Assembly: GCA_965199955.1 (NCBI GenBank)
Contig: CBDATQ010000001.1
Span: 2,080,001-2,144,000, forward strand
Origin: Spirochaetia bacterium
GTDB lineage: Bacteria; Spirochaetota; Spirochaetia; SZUA-6; Bin103
Length of the DNA stretch: 64,000 nt
Direction: 5' to 3'
Shown in pieces: positions 19,942-29,761 of this stretch. Below the pieces are notes generated by a model, which was not told where the DNA came from, did not search any database, and saw nothing but the letters and a program-made list of their open reading frames with translations. A program made the position numbers and the translations under genes. Position 1 is the first letter of the stretch. Each line of letters begins with the position of its first letter.

Positions 19942-21756
19942 TTGAACTCTGCTCCCGGCGGCGAGGGCCAGAACGAAGCTGCAGGTCTCCGGAAACTCGT
20001 CGATCTGGCCTCTCGGGAGCTGCAGAAGCGGGCCGTCGCTCAGAACCTGCTGGCCGATTCGAGCGGCGTCAGGGAGCAGGCACGCGCGCTGCGCCACAGT
20101 GACGGCGACGCGCCGGCCGGCCCCGCGCAGGAGGAGCTGGACCGGTTCAGCTTCCTGTGGGACGCCCCGGAGCCGGAACGGACCGTGCACGAGCTGCCGG
20201 CCCAGACGCGGCAGGATCTGCAGCTCGCCGAAGTCGTCCGCGCCATGGCCATCCACGGCTCCGCGGAGCGCCACCTGACCGGGCTGCTCGGCGCGCAGCT
20301 CAGCACGGTTGAGCAGATCCGGCACCGGCAGTCGGTCCTGCAGGCGATCCTCGCCCATTCACCGCTGGAACAGGTGGTGCGCGAGGCAGCCGAACGCATC
20401 ATCCTGGCCGGCCCGCTCACGACCATGGACAATCGGGCCGCGCTGTACCGAGTGGTCAACCACCTCAGTGAGTTGGAGCTGTACGTCACCACCAGTGAGG
20501 CGCTGGCCGATGCGCTCGCGGCTGCCGGGGACGCCGGTCCGGTCTGGCGCGACTTCTCGGAGCTGCTCGACCGCATCCGCGACACGCCCGCCCACAAGCA
20601 ACTCCTGAGCTTCCTGACCGACGTGCTCGCCGACGTGCGCGGGCTTGCCAGCGTGACGATCGGAGTGAACCTGGACGCACAGTTGCGGCCGGTCGAAGCG
20701 ACGCTGCTGTCGATCAACTCCGAGCGGTTCAAGGGATCGAAGCTGATGTCCACGGTGCTGGGCACGGCCTCCGCGGAAGGCCGGGGCATCGCCGACCTGC
20801 ACAGCCTGCTGCGTCCCGGCCACGCCAGACCGCTAGTGCGGGAGTTGCTCGACGACCTGGCGCAGGTCCTCGACCGGGCGGCCAGGCAGCTCGCCGGCGA
20901 CCTGCGCGCCTTCACGAAGCTGCCGACCGGGTTCATCACGCGCGCGAGCGAGGAGCTGATCCTGTTCGCCTCCGCCGCGAAGCTCGCGCACGCCCTGCAG
21001 GACCGCAGGCTCCCGGTCTGCCTGCCGCGAGTGGCCGATACCGAGCGGCGTGTGCTGTGCATCGACGGCTGCTACAACGCCGCGCTCGCGCTGACCGGCG
21101 GGGAAGAGGTGGTGTCGAGCGAGGTCGATCTCGGCGAGCGGGACCGGGTCGCCGTCCTGACCGGCCCCAACCGCGGCGGCAAGACGGTCTATCTGCAGGC
21201 GGTGGGACTCGCCCAGGTCCTGTTCCAGGCCGGGCTGTTCTGCCCGGCCCGGGAGGCGGAGATGAGCATCGCCTCGGGCCTGTATACCCATTACCAGGCG
21301 GAGGAGAAGCCGCACCAGCAGAGCGGCCGCTTCGGGGAGGAGGCGGCGCGCCTGCGCGCGATCCTCACCCGGATGACCCCGAGCGCGATCCTGCTGTCCA
21401 ACGAGACTTTCACCAGCACGGGTCCGGGCGAGGCGGCCTACCTGATGCTGGACATCGTCCGCGTGCTGGTCGCGCTCGGTTGCCGCTCGCTGCTCGCCAC
21501 GCACCTGCACGAGTTGGCCGCATGGGTGGAGGACGAGCAGGTCCCGGGCGCGTTCAATCTGGCGGCGACCACCCGCGAAGTGCCCGCCGACGGCGCGCCG
21601 CGCGTGGTGCCGACCTTCCGCGTCGAGCGGGCGGCCCCGGCCGGGCACAGCCACGCGCGGACCGTGGCGCGCGACAACGGGCTGCTGTTCGAGCAGATCG
21701 TCGACTCCTTGCGCGAGAGCGGTCAGCTCGACCGGTTGCTCGAGCCGCCTAAGTGA
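19942..21756 (+). CDS. MutS-related ATPase (domain V only)
   Basis: TGPNRGGKT, SGRFGEE, LLSNETFTST, ATHLHEL. No mismatch-binding domain. AGGAG precedes TTG. Confidence 0.85.
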   Translation: MNSAPGGEGQNEAAGLRKLVDLASRELQKRAVAQNLLADSSGVREQARALRHSDGDAPAGPAQEELDRFSFLWDAPEPERTVHELPAQTRQDLQLAEVVRAMAIHGSAERHLTGLLGAQLSTVEQIRHRQSVLQAILAHSPLEQVVREAAERIILAGPLTTMDNRAALYRVVNHLSELELYVTTSEALADALAAAGDAGPVWRDFSELLDRIRDTPAHKQLLSFLTDVLADVRGLASVTIGVNLDAQLRPVEATLLSINSERFKGSKLMSTVLGTASAEGRGIADLHSLLRPGHARPLVRELLDDLAQVLDRAARQLAGDLRAFTKLPTGFITRASEELILFASAAKLAHALQDRRLPVCLPRVADTERRVLCIDGCYNAALALTGGEEVVSSEVDLGERDRVAVLTGPNRGGKTVYLQAVGLAQVLFQAGLFCPAREAEMSIASGLYTHYQAEEKPHQQSGRFGEEAARLRAILTRMTPSAILLSNETFTSTGPGEAAYLMLDIVRVLVALGCRSLLATHLHELAAWVEDEQVPGAFNLAATTREVPADGAPRVVPTFRVERAAPAGHSHARTVARDNGLLFEQIVDSLRESGQLDRLLEPPK

Positions 21757-21792
21757 AGCTTTGGCTACCAGATGGCGGTGGCGGAAAGAGTG

Positions 21793-22104
21793 TCAGGATA
21801 CTTTCTGGAGTGAGGACGCGGGCTTGATCCCGGCCGTGAGCCGGCGCTTGTCCACGGCGATCCTGCGGAAGTCGCACTCCACCTGGATGCCGTGCCAGAA
21901 TTGGTCCGACTGACCGAAGAAGGCGCCGAAGCGAATGGACATGGCCGGCGTGATCGACCTCCGGCCATGGACGATTTCGTTGATCGCGCGCGGCGCGACT
22001 CCGATCGCGCGACTCATCGCATTCTGCGAGATGCCCATCGGCTTGAGATACTCCTCAAGAAGAATCTCACCGGGCGTGATCGGATCGTTCATCATCATGT
22101 CCAT
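21793..22104 (-). CDS. higA: HigA antitoxin
   Basis: [19 protein letters not shown]...[12 protein letters not shown]...FW. Confidence 0.92.
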   Translation of the reverse strand: MDMMMNDPITPGEILLEEYLKPMGISQNAMSRAIGVAPRAINEIVHGRRSITPAMSIRFGAFFGQSDQFWHGIQVECDFRRIAVDKRRLTAGIKPASSLQKVS

Positions 22105-22193
22105 GTTGGTTGGTTCTCGAATGACGTTCTCCAAGTCGACGAGGCCCCGCGGCCAAAGGCGTCCTTGTCCTGACCGCGTAAGCCATCATCAAT

Positions 22194-22471
22194 GCAATGG
22201 TAGTCGAGGATTGCGACTCGCTCCGGGCCGGAATCGGTCCATCGGAAGACGATACGCCACTGGCCGTTGACACGGATGGAGTGAACGCCCGCGACCGACC
22301 ACTAAGGGCCTTGAGTCGATTGCCGGGCGGGATCGCAAGGTCCCTGAGTTCGGCGGCTCGGTTCATCTGGATGAGCTTCCTCAGAGCGACTCGTGAAATG
22401 TCAGCGAACCTACGGCTTCGCTCCTCGACGAAGAGCTCTTCGGTGTCGGCGTCCGAAAAGGACAGAATCAT
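22194..22471 (-). pseudogene. higB: HigB toxin, frameshifted and lacking its stop codon
   Basis: MILSF.D..TE.LF...PPGNRL.AL, frameshift near 22295, then [15 protein letters not shown]...ILDYH followed by TGC rather than a stop. Confidence 0.8.
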
Positions 22472-22534
22472 AAGTACTCTTCCTCCAGAACTTTGCGATC
22501 ATCACGTCCTCCTCGGGTTAGTGGGTGCACTCGT

Positions 22535-22564
22535 ACTATACACCTATAACGTTATAGGGTGCAA
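22535..22564 (-). promoter_or_regulatory. higBA promoter with palindromic operator
   Basis: TTGCAC-N18-TATAGT on the minus strand. Perfect 16-bp palindrome CCTATAACGTTATAGG (22543-22558) in the spacer. Confidence 0.75.
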
Positions 22565-22662
22565 TTATCCTCACGTGTCTATGAGGAGAGCGACGGCGAG
22601 CAGCCTTCGTGCGCGCGTGCCAAGTCGATGATGTGGTTGGCTCGTCACCGTTGAGCGTCCCG

Positions 22663-24585
22663 CTACATGCCGGAGCGCCGCTTCACGATTGCAAGGAACG
22701 CTTCGCCGTAGCGCTCCGCCTTAGCGGGGCCGATGCCGTGGACCATTTCCAGGGTCGCTGCGGAGTCGGGGCGGAGGACGGCGAGGTGGCGCAGGGTGCG
22801 GTCGCTGGCGATGACGTAGGGCGGCACCTGCTGACGGCGCGCCTCTTCGATGCGGAACGCGCGCAACGCCTCGAAGAGCTCGAGCCCGGCCTCGTCGAGC
22901 TCTTCCACCGTGGTGTCGGCGTTCTCGTATCCGCCCGGACGCCGCGGCGCCGGTCGGTCTCCGACGGATGACCGGGCACGCAGCTTGGGCGGCAGCAGCA
23001 GGCGGGCCGGCCTCCGGTCATGGATCACCTCCCGGCCTTCCGCCGTAACTACCGCCACGGGCCGGTCGCCGCCGTGGAAGTCGACCCAGCCGGCGGTGAC
23101 GCAGCGCCGCAGCAGCCGCATCAGCCACTCCTCCGTGTGGTCGCCGAGCGTGCCGAAGGTGGGCGTCCGGTCGAGGCGGGCGCGCCGCAGCCGCTCGTCG
23201 GACGCTCCCTTGAGCAACTTCACGGCCGCCGTCAGGCCGAAACGGCCGTGGATGCGCGCGACACCGCACAGTCCCTTGCGGACCACGAGCGCGGCCTGCT
23301 CGGGATCCTGCTCCTCGTGCTCCGCCAGGCGCAGGCAGACGTCGCAGCGCCCGCAGCCGGCCAGCGTCTCCGCTTCATCGCCGAAGTAGCGCAGGATGGC
23401 GTCGTGGCGGCAGGCGCCGCCCTCCGCCCAGCGCATCAACTCCAGGAACAGGTTCCACTGGTGCTGTGCCACCTCCTGCGCCACCGGCTGCCCGTCGCCG
23501 TTGCGCTCGACCAGGTGGCGGCGCAGCGCCATGTCTCCCGGCGACACGATCAGGACGCAGACAGCGGGACCGCCGTCCCGGCCTGCGCGCCCCGCCTCCT
23601 GGTAGTACGCCTCCAAGGACCCCGGGGGTGCCAGATGCGCTACGCAGCGCACGTCGGCCCGGTCGATTCCCATGCCGAACGCGTTGGTGGCCACGACGAC
23701 GTCGAACTCACCGGCCATGAACGCGCGCTGCACGCGCTCGCGCCGGCCGCCGTCCATGCCGGCGTGATACGCCGCCGTCCGCCACCCGAGCGTGTCCAGC
23801 CGGTGTGCCTGCTCCTCCGTGCTCCGGCGCGTCGGCGCATAGACGATCGCCGTCCCGCCCTGCCGTCCCGGCTCGCCCAGCGTCTGCGCGAGCACGGAGT
23901 CCACGTGCCGTTCCCGTTCCCGCCCGGTCATCACCTCGATTACCCGCAGCGCCAGGTTGGGACGGGCGAAGCCGTGGATGAGCTGCGGCGTGTCCGCCGA
24001 CAGGCCGAGGCGCTCGATGATCTCGTCGCGCACCACCGGCGTCGCCGTGGCGGTGCAGGCCAACACCCGTGCCCGCGGCAGCATCTCCACCAGCTCCCCC
24101 AGTTGCAGGTAGTCGGGGCGGAAGTCGTGGCCCCAGGAGCTGATGCAGTGCGCTTCATCGATGGCGACCAGCGGGCACTCCAGGCGAGCCAGCACGGAGC
24201 GCAGTCGGTTGGAGGACAGCCGCTCCGGGGCCACGTACACCAGCTTGCAGCGGCCGGCGGCGATCATGCCGAGCCGCCGTCGCACCTCGTCAGCCGGCAG
24301 CGTGCCGGCCAGATACGTGGCCGACACGCCCCGCTGCTTCAGGGCGGCAACCTGGTCGTGCATGAGGGCTATCAGCGGCGACACCACGACGGTCGTGCCC
24401 GGCAGCAGCGCCGCCGGAAGCTGATAGGTCAGGCTCTTGCCGCCCCCGGTCGGCGCCACCAGCAGCAGGCGACCGCTGCCAAGCAGCAACTCCATCGCCT
24501 CGCGCTGTCCCGGGCGGAACGCGGCAAGTCCGAAGTGCCGCAGACCCGCGTCCAGATCCACGTTATGGAAAGAGTGCAGACTCAC
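22663..24585 (-). CDS. recQ: RecQ helicase with RQC and HRDC domains
   Basis: FRPGQ, PTGGGKS, DEAHC, WGHDFRP, FGMGID, YYQEAGRAGRDG, CGRCDVC, VPPYVIASD. Confidence 0.95.
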   Translation of the reverse strand: MSLHSFHNVDLDAGLRHFGLAAFRPGQREAMELLLGSGRLLLVAPTGGGKSLTYQLPAALLPGTTVVVSPLIALMHDQVAALKQRGVSATYLAGTLPADEVRRRLGMIAAGRCKLVYVAPERLSSNRLRSVLARLECPLVAIDEAHCISSWGHDFRPDYLQLGELVEMLPRARVLACTATATPVVRDEIIERLGLSADTPQLIHGFARPNLALRVIEVMTGRERERHVDSVLAQTLGEPGRQGGTAIVYAPTRRSTEEQAHRLDTLGWRTAAYHAGMDGGRRERVQRAFMAGEFDVVVATNAFGMGIDRADVRCVAHLAPPGSLEAYYQEAGRAGRDGGPAVCVLIVSPGDMALRRHLVERNGDGQPVAQEVAQHQWNLFLELMRWAEGGACRHDAILRYFGDEAETLAGCGRCDVCLRLAEHEEQDPEQAALVVRKGLCGVARIHGRFGLTAAVKLLKGASDERLRRARLDRTPTFGTLGDHTEEWLMRLLRRCVTAGWVDFHGGDRPVAVVTAEGREVIHDRRPARLLLPPKLRARSSVGDRPAPRRPGGYENADTTVEELDEAGLELFEALRAFRIEEARRQQVPPYVIASDRTLRHLAVLRPDSAATLEMVHGIGPAKAERYGEAFLAIVKRRSGM

Positions 24586-24720
24586 GCTCGTGCATTAACC
24601 ATGCGGTACCGATGGTAGAGTGAAAGCTACCCCTCGACACCTGAGGAGTTCGACCGCGATGAACCCACGCACGCTATCGACCGAGGCGGCCGGGACCGCC
24701 GGACGACTGGAGCGCGGCCG

Positions 24721-25899
24721 GTGAGCCGCCGCATCGGCGTCGCCGTGATCGGCATGGGCTGGATGGGCTCCGTGCACGCCCGCTGCTACCGGCTGGTGCC
24801 TCAGCGCTTCCCGGAGCTGGACATCGACCCGCGTCTGGTGGTGTGCGCGGACAACGTCGGGGCGCGCGCGCAGGAGGGCGTGGCGCGGGCCGGCTTCGAG
24901 CGCGCCACCACGGACTGGCGCGAGGCGATCGCCGACCCGGAGGTCGAGGTGGTCAACATCACCACCCAGAACGCCCTCCACAAGCCGGTCGCACTGGCGG
25001 CGATCGAGGCGGGCAAGCACGTCTTCTGCGAGAAGCCGGTCGGCCGCAGCCCGGCGGAGACGGCGGCGATCGCCGCTGCGGCGCAAGCGGCCGGTGTCAT
25101 CAGCGGTGTCGGTTACAATTACCGCTGGGCGCCGGTCGTCCAGTACGCGCTGAGCCTGATCCGGGAAGGACGGTTGGGGACGATTACCCACTTCCGCGGC
25201 CGGTTCCTGGTCGGCTACGCGCGCGACCCGCACGGCGTGCTGTCGTGGCGCTTCGACCGCGAGCAGTCCGGCTCCGGCGCGGTCGCCGACCTGATGTCGC
25301 ACGTCGCGGACCTGGCCCACTTGCTGGCCGGACCCGTGGAGCGGCTGGTCGCCAACCGGCACACGTTCATCGCCGAGCGGCCGTTGCCGACGCCGGGCGA
25401 GGGAACGCACTTCTCGGTCAGGCGCGGCGGTCCCGCCGGCCCGGTCACCAACGAGGACTACGGCAGCGCGCTGGTCCAGTTCGCCTGCGGCGCGCAGGGG
25501 ACCTACGAGGTGTGCCGGGTGATCAACGGCCCCAAGTGCCAGCTCGCCTTCGAGATCTCGGGCACCGGCGGGACGATCCTCTGGGACTTCGAGCGCATGA
25601 ACGAGCTCCAGCTCTACTTGCCGGACGGCACGCCGGAGCGGGACGGCACGGTCTGGGTGCAGGCCGGCCCGGAGCATCCGTTCTTCGCCAACTTCAATCC
25701 CGGCGCGGCGCTGGGCATGAGCTACGAGGACCTCAAGGTGGTCGAGGCGGCGCAGTTCGCGAAATCCGTGGTGGAGCGTACACAGCGCGAGCCCGGCTTG
25801 GCGGAAGCGGACCGCGTGGGCCAGGTGCTGGCTGCGTTTGACCGCTCGGTCGACTCCGGCGCGTGGGAGACGGTGGCGCCCGTCCCCGTCCCGGCATGA
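24721..25899 (+). CDS. Gfo/Idh/MocA oxidoreductase (inositol-related)
   Basis: GMGWMG, CEKP, GYNYR, GSGAVADLMSH. Confidence 0.9.
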   Translation: MSRRIGVAVIGMGWMGSVHARCYRLVPQRFPELDIDPRLVVCADNVGARAQEGVARAGFERATTDWREAIADPEVEVVNITTQNALHKPVALAAIEAGKHVFCEKPVGRSPAETAAIAAAAQAAGVISGVGYNYRWAPVVQYALSLIREGRLGTITHFRGRFLVGYARDPHGVLSWRFDREQSGSGAVADLMSHVADLAHLLAGPVERLVANRHTFIAERPLPTPGEGTHFSVRRGGPAGPVTNEDYGSALVQFACGAQGTYEVCRVINGPKCQLAFEISGTGGTILWDFERMNELQLYLPDGTPERDGTVWVQAGPEHPFFANFNPGAALGMSYEDLKVVEAAQFAKSVVERTQREPGLAEADRVGQVLAAFDRSVDSGAWETVAPVPVPA

Positions 25900-25918
25900 G
25901 GGAAGCCGCCGCGTGTCG

Positions 25919-26374
25919 ATGAACTTGGCCGATACCATCCCGGCGCCGCGGATCCTGGCTCCGCTGCGGGCCGAGACCGATGACGACGCGCTCAGCCGCC
26001 TGCTCGTCGCGGTCGCCGCCGACCTGAAGATCCCGGACGCCGCAGGCGTACTGGACCGGCTGCTGCACGAGCCCGTGCTGCGCGCGGCGCTGGTCGGCCA
26101 CGGCGCCGCCATCATCCACAGCCGCATCGACAGGTTGCCGCGCTCGGTGACCGCCCTGGGCGTCGCGCCGCCGGGGACCTCCTTCCGGTTCGGCGGCGGC
26201 TTCCGTTACGTGGTGAGCGTGATCTTCCTGGTGCTCTCGCCGCCGGAGCCGCCGGAGCCACACCTGGAGCTGGTGTCCGCGATCGCCGGCTTCGTCCGCA
26301 ACCCTCAGGCGCTGGACGGCCTCAAGGCGGCAACCTCCCCGGAGCAGGCCACCCAGGCGTTGGCCCGCGTCTAG
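25919..26374 (+). CDS. PTS EIIA-like (Ntr/Fru-type) protein
   Basis: GHGAAIIHSR (phospho-His region), VIFLVLSP, HLELVSAIA. Confidence 0.7.
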   Translation: MNLADTIPAPRILAPLRAETDDDALSRLLVAVAADLKIPDAAGVLDRLLHEPVLRAALVGHGAAIIHSRIDRLPRSVTALGVAPPGTSFRFGGGFRYVVSVIFLVLSPPEPPEPHLELVSAIAGFVRNPQALDGLKAATSPEQATQALARV

Positions 26375-26428
26375 CCCGACCGGCCGGCATCAATTCCGCG
26401 CTGGCGCATGCCGATCTATGATCGAGTC

Positions 26429-28300
26429 ATGGCAGCAACCGAACAACTGACCGCCGCCCAGGCGGTCGTCAAGTACCTGAGCGTCCAGTACAGCGAGCGC
26501 GACGGCCGCCGCCGCCGGCTCGTACCGGCGATCTTCGGCATCTTCGGCCACGGCAACGTCGCCGGGCTGGGCCAGGCGCTGGATTCCGTCGGCGCCGACC
26601 TGCCGCTTTACCAGGCGCGCAACGAGCAGTCGATGGTGCACGTCGCCTCCGGCTACGCCAAGGCGACCCGGCGCGCCGCCACCCTGGCCTGTACCAGCTC
26701 GATCGGCCCCGGCGCCACGAACATGGTGACCGGCGCCGCCACCGCCACCATCAATCGCCTGCCGGTGCTGCTGCTGGCGTCCGACTACTACGCCACCCGC
26801 CACCAGGGCAACGTCCTGCAGGAGCTGGAGCACCCGCTGGCGGGCGACGTCAGCGTCAACGACTGCTTCCGGCCGATCAGCCGCTTCTTCGACCGCATCT
26901 CCCGGCCGGAACAGCTCCTCACCGCCCTGCCGGAAGCGATGCGCGTGCTCACCGACCCGGCGGAGACCGGTACGGTGACGATCGCGCTCCCCCAGGACGT
27001 GCAGGCGCACGCCTACCCGTTCCCGTCGCACCTGTTCGCGGAGCGCACATGGCGGATCGAACGGACGCCACCGGTCGCCGACCGCATCGCGGAGGCCGCG
27101 CGCCTGATCGAGCGCTCGCGGCGGCCGATGATCATCGCCGGCGGCGGCGTCAACTACTCGGAGGCGTGGGAAGCGCTCACCGATCTGGCCATGCTGGGGA
27201 TCCCGGTGTCGGAGACCTTCGGCGGGAAGGGCTGCTACCGCGGCCCGCGTGAGTGGTCGCTGGGCGGACACGGCGTCGAGGGGACGACCGCGGCCGCGCG
27301 CTCGGCGGAGCAGGCCGACCTGGTGATCGCCGTCGGCACCCGCCTAGGCGACTTCGCCACGGCCTCGAACAGCCTGTTCCACAACCCCGACGTGAAGTTC
27401 GTGAGCATCAACGTAAACGCCCACGACGCCTTCAAGAACGGCGCGCTGCCCGTCGTCGGCGACGCGCGCGAAGCGCTTGCCGCCTTGGCCGCCGCCTGCC
27501 GGGAGCGCGGCGTGGACCTCACGCACCGCACGGCGGAGCTCGCCAAGCTCCACGCCGAATGGGAGGAGGTCAAGGCCACCGACGCCTACGCCCCGCAAGC
27601 TGGCCAGGCGATGGGCGAGGGCGAGCTGATCCAGGCCTTCAACGCCGAGGCGCAGGACGGCGACTCCGTGGTTGCCGCCGCCGGCGGACCGGTCGGCAAC
27701 CTGCTCAAGCTCTGGGACACCACCGGCGGCGCCGGGTGCCACCTGGAGTTCGGCTTCTCCTGCATGGGCTGGGAGATGCCGGCCGCCCTGGGCGTCCGCA
27801 TGGAGCAGCCCGAAGGCGAGGTCTACGTGTACCTGGGCGACGGCAACTACCTGCTCAACCCCATGGAGCTCATGACCGCGTTGCAGGAAGACATGAAGAT
27901 CACGGTCGTCGTGGCCGACAACCATGGCTTCCAGGTGATCCGCCGCTTGCAGATGGCGCGCGCCGGCCACTCCTTCGGCACCGAGTTCCGCACCCGCGTC
28001 GACGGCCACCGCCTGGACGGGGAGTACCTGGCGGTCGACATGGCCGCGATCGCCGAGGCGATGGGAGCGCGCGGCTTCCACTGCACCACTCCCGACGAGG
28101 TGCGGGCGGCCGTGCGCGAGGCGCGTTCCGAGCGGCGGAGCTGCGTGATCGTCGCCGAGATAGAGAAGCACCGCTACGTGCCGGGCGCCGGAACCTGGTG
28201 GGACGTCGCCCCGGCCGAGGTGAGCCGCAGCGAAGTAACCCAGACCCTGCGCTCCGAGTACGAACGGGACCAAGCCGCCCTGCAGCGCTACCACTACTGA
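26429..28300 (+). CDS. iolD: THcHDO hydrolase (ThDP-dependent)
   Basis: LTAAQA..YL..QY, IFGHGNVAGLGQAL, NEQ, SIGPGATN, HLEFGFSCMG.E, GDG.Y. Confidence 0.95.
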   Translation: MAATEQLTAAQAVVKYLSVQYSERDGRRRRLVPAIFGIFGHGNVAGLGQALDSVGADLPLYQARNEQSMVHVASGYAKATRRAATLACTSSIGPGATNMVTGAATATINRLPVLLLASDYYATRHQGNVLQELEHPLAGDVSVNDCFRPISRFFDRISRPEQLLTALPEAMRVLTDPAETGTVTIALPQDVQAHAYPFPSHLFAERTWRIERTPPVADRIAEAARLIERSRRPMIIAGGGVNYSEAWEALTDLAMLGIPVSETFGGKGCYRGPREWSLGGHGVEGTTAAARSAEQADLVIAVGTRLGDFATASNSLFHNPDVKFVSINVNAHDAFKNGALPVVGDAREALAALAAACRERGVDLTHRTAELAKLHAEWEEVKATDAYAPQAGQAMGEGELIQAFNAEAQDGDSVVAAAGGPVGNLLKLWDTTGGAGCHLEFGFSCMGWEMPAALGVRMEQPEGEVYVYLGDGNYLLNPMELMTALQEDMKITVVVADNHGFQVIRRLQMARAGHSFGTEFRTRVDGHRLDGEYLAVDMAAIAEAMGARGFHCTTPDEVRAAVREARSERRSCVIVAEIEKHRYVPGAGTWWDVAPAEVSRSEVTQTLRSEYERDQAALQRYHY

Positions 28301-28332
28301 CCCGTTGCCTGCCTTGTGGGGGGCCGTGCTAT

Positions 28333-28813
28333 GAAGCCGGCATCCCGGTCATCACCATGAACTCCGGACCATGAACTCCGGGCTCGAGCAGCAGCAGTGC
28401 CTGCAGGGCTACATGCCCATCATCGTGCTGCATCTCTACAACCAGAATGCAGGTCTGCTTCCGGGCGCGAACATCCCGTCCGGTCCCGGCTTCGTCGACG
28501 CGTCGAACGCAGGCCCTCGCGATCGCTCGCGCCATCTTCTTCGGGGCGCGGGTGCTCATCCTGGACGAGCCGACCTCCTCCCTTGGACAGAGGCAGCAGC
28601 TCGAGGTCCTCAAGACCATCAAGCGGGTGCGGAGCCGCGGAGACATCGCGGTCATCCTCATTACCCACAACGAGATCCATGCGCAGTTGGTCGCGGACCG
28701 CTACACGTTCCTCAGCCTGGGGCAGGTGAGCGAGCGGCGAGGGCGTCGCCGAAGATCTGGGCGGCGGCGCTCAGATGGCCGACCTCGAGGAAGAGCTGGT
28801 CGCCATCGGCTGA
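28333..28813 (+). pseudogene. collapsed sugar (inositol-type) ABC importer: binding-protein fragments joined to an ATPase C-terminus
   Basis: AGIPVITMNSG / QQ.LQGYMPI...SGPGFVD / QALAIARA..GARVLILDEPT...ITHN. No permease. 14-bp tandem duplication at 28354-28381. Confidence 0.75.
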
Positions 28814-28818
28814 GGCGT

Positions 28819-29709
28819 TCATCGATTCAGGCTGGCCCAGGTCAGGCTGCGCTCCCAGAGGTCGCGCGCCAGGTCGCGGTTCTCTGCCTGTGGCTGCGGT
28901 CTGCGTTCCGCCGTGACGTGGAAGTAGCGGCCGGACACCTCGCCTGGTTCCGAGCGCCGGATCGTTTCCAGCACCGCCTTTCCGCCGATCTCGGGATTGC
29001 GCATGACGACCGCCAGCGCACGCATGAACAGGCCGGGCACGCCGTGGTACCTGTTCCAGATGTTCGTGGCCAGCGCGCCGGGGTGCAGGGCGTTGACACA
29101 GATCCCCTGATCCTGAAAGCGTCGCGCGGCCTCCACCGTGAACAGGACGTTGGCCAGCTTGGCATCGCTGTAGGCTTGGAAACCGCCTTTCCACGCCCGG
29201 CCGCGGGCGATGTCGTCCAGCGGCGCACGGAGCAGGTCGCCGGAACGATGGACGATCGAGCTGACGTTCACGATCCGGCCCCCTCCGCGCAGGCGGTCCA
29301 GCAGCAGAGTGGTCAGCAGGAAGTGGCCTAGATGACAGGTGGCGAAGGTCCGTTCGAACCCCTCGGCCGTGGTCTGCAGGCGGTCGAGCGCTAGACCCGC
29401 GTTGTTCACCAGGATGTCGATGCGATCGAGCCGATCGTTCAACCGGGAGGCCAGCCCGCGCACCGAATCCGGGGAGGAGAGGTCCGCCGGCTCCAGCGTG
29501 GCGGCGGAGCCGGGACGAGAGCGTTCGATCTCGCTCAGCGCCCGCTCGCCGCGCGTCTGGTCGCGGCACACCAGCGTGACCTCCGCGCCGGCCGCACGCA
29601 GAAGCTCCGTGGCCGATCTGCCGACGCCGGAGTTGGCTCCGGTCACGACGGCGACGCACCCGGTCAGATCCACGTGGCGCAGTCTGCGCGGTGCGAGCCG
29701 GTTCGCCAA
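28819..29709 (-). CDS. SDR, retinol-dehydrogenase/WWOX-like
   Basis: VTGANSGVG, LVNNAG, HLGHFLLT, YSDAK, ALHPG. Confidence 0.92.
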   Translation of the reverse strand: MANRLAPRRLRHVDLTGCVAVVTGANSGVGRSATELLRAAGAEVTLVCRDQTRGERALSEIERSRPGSAATLEPADLSSPDSVRGLASRLNDRLDRIDILVNNAGLALDRLQTTAEGFERTFATCHLGHFLLTTLLLDRLRGGGRIVNVSSIVHRSGDLLRAPLDDIARGRAWKGGFQAYSDAKLANVLFTVEAARRFQDQGICVNALHPGALATNIWNRYHGVPGLFMRALAVVMRNPEIGGKAVLETIRRSEPGEVSGRYFHVTAERRPQPQAENRDLARDLWERSLTWASLNR

Positions 29710-29761
29710 CCGGATACTCCTTGACGGCCCGGCGTCGTCTTGCTGCTATCGGTGAGACTTT

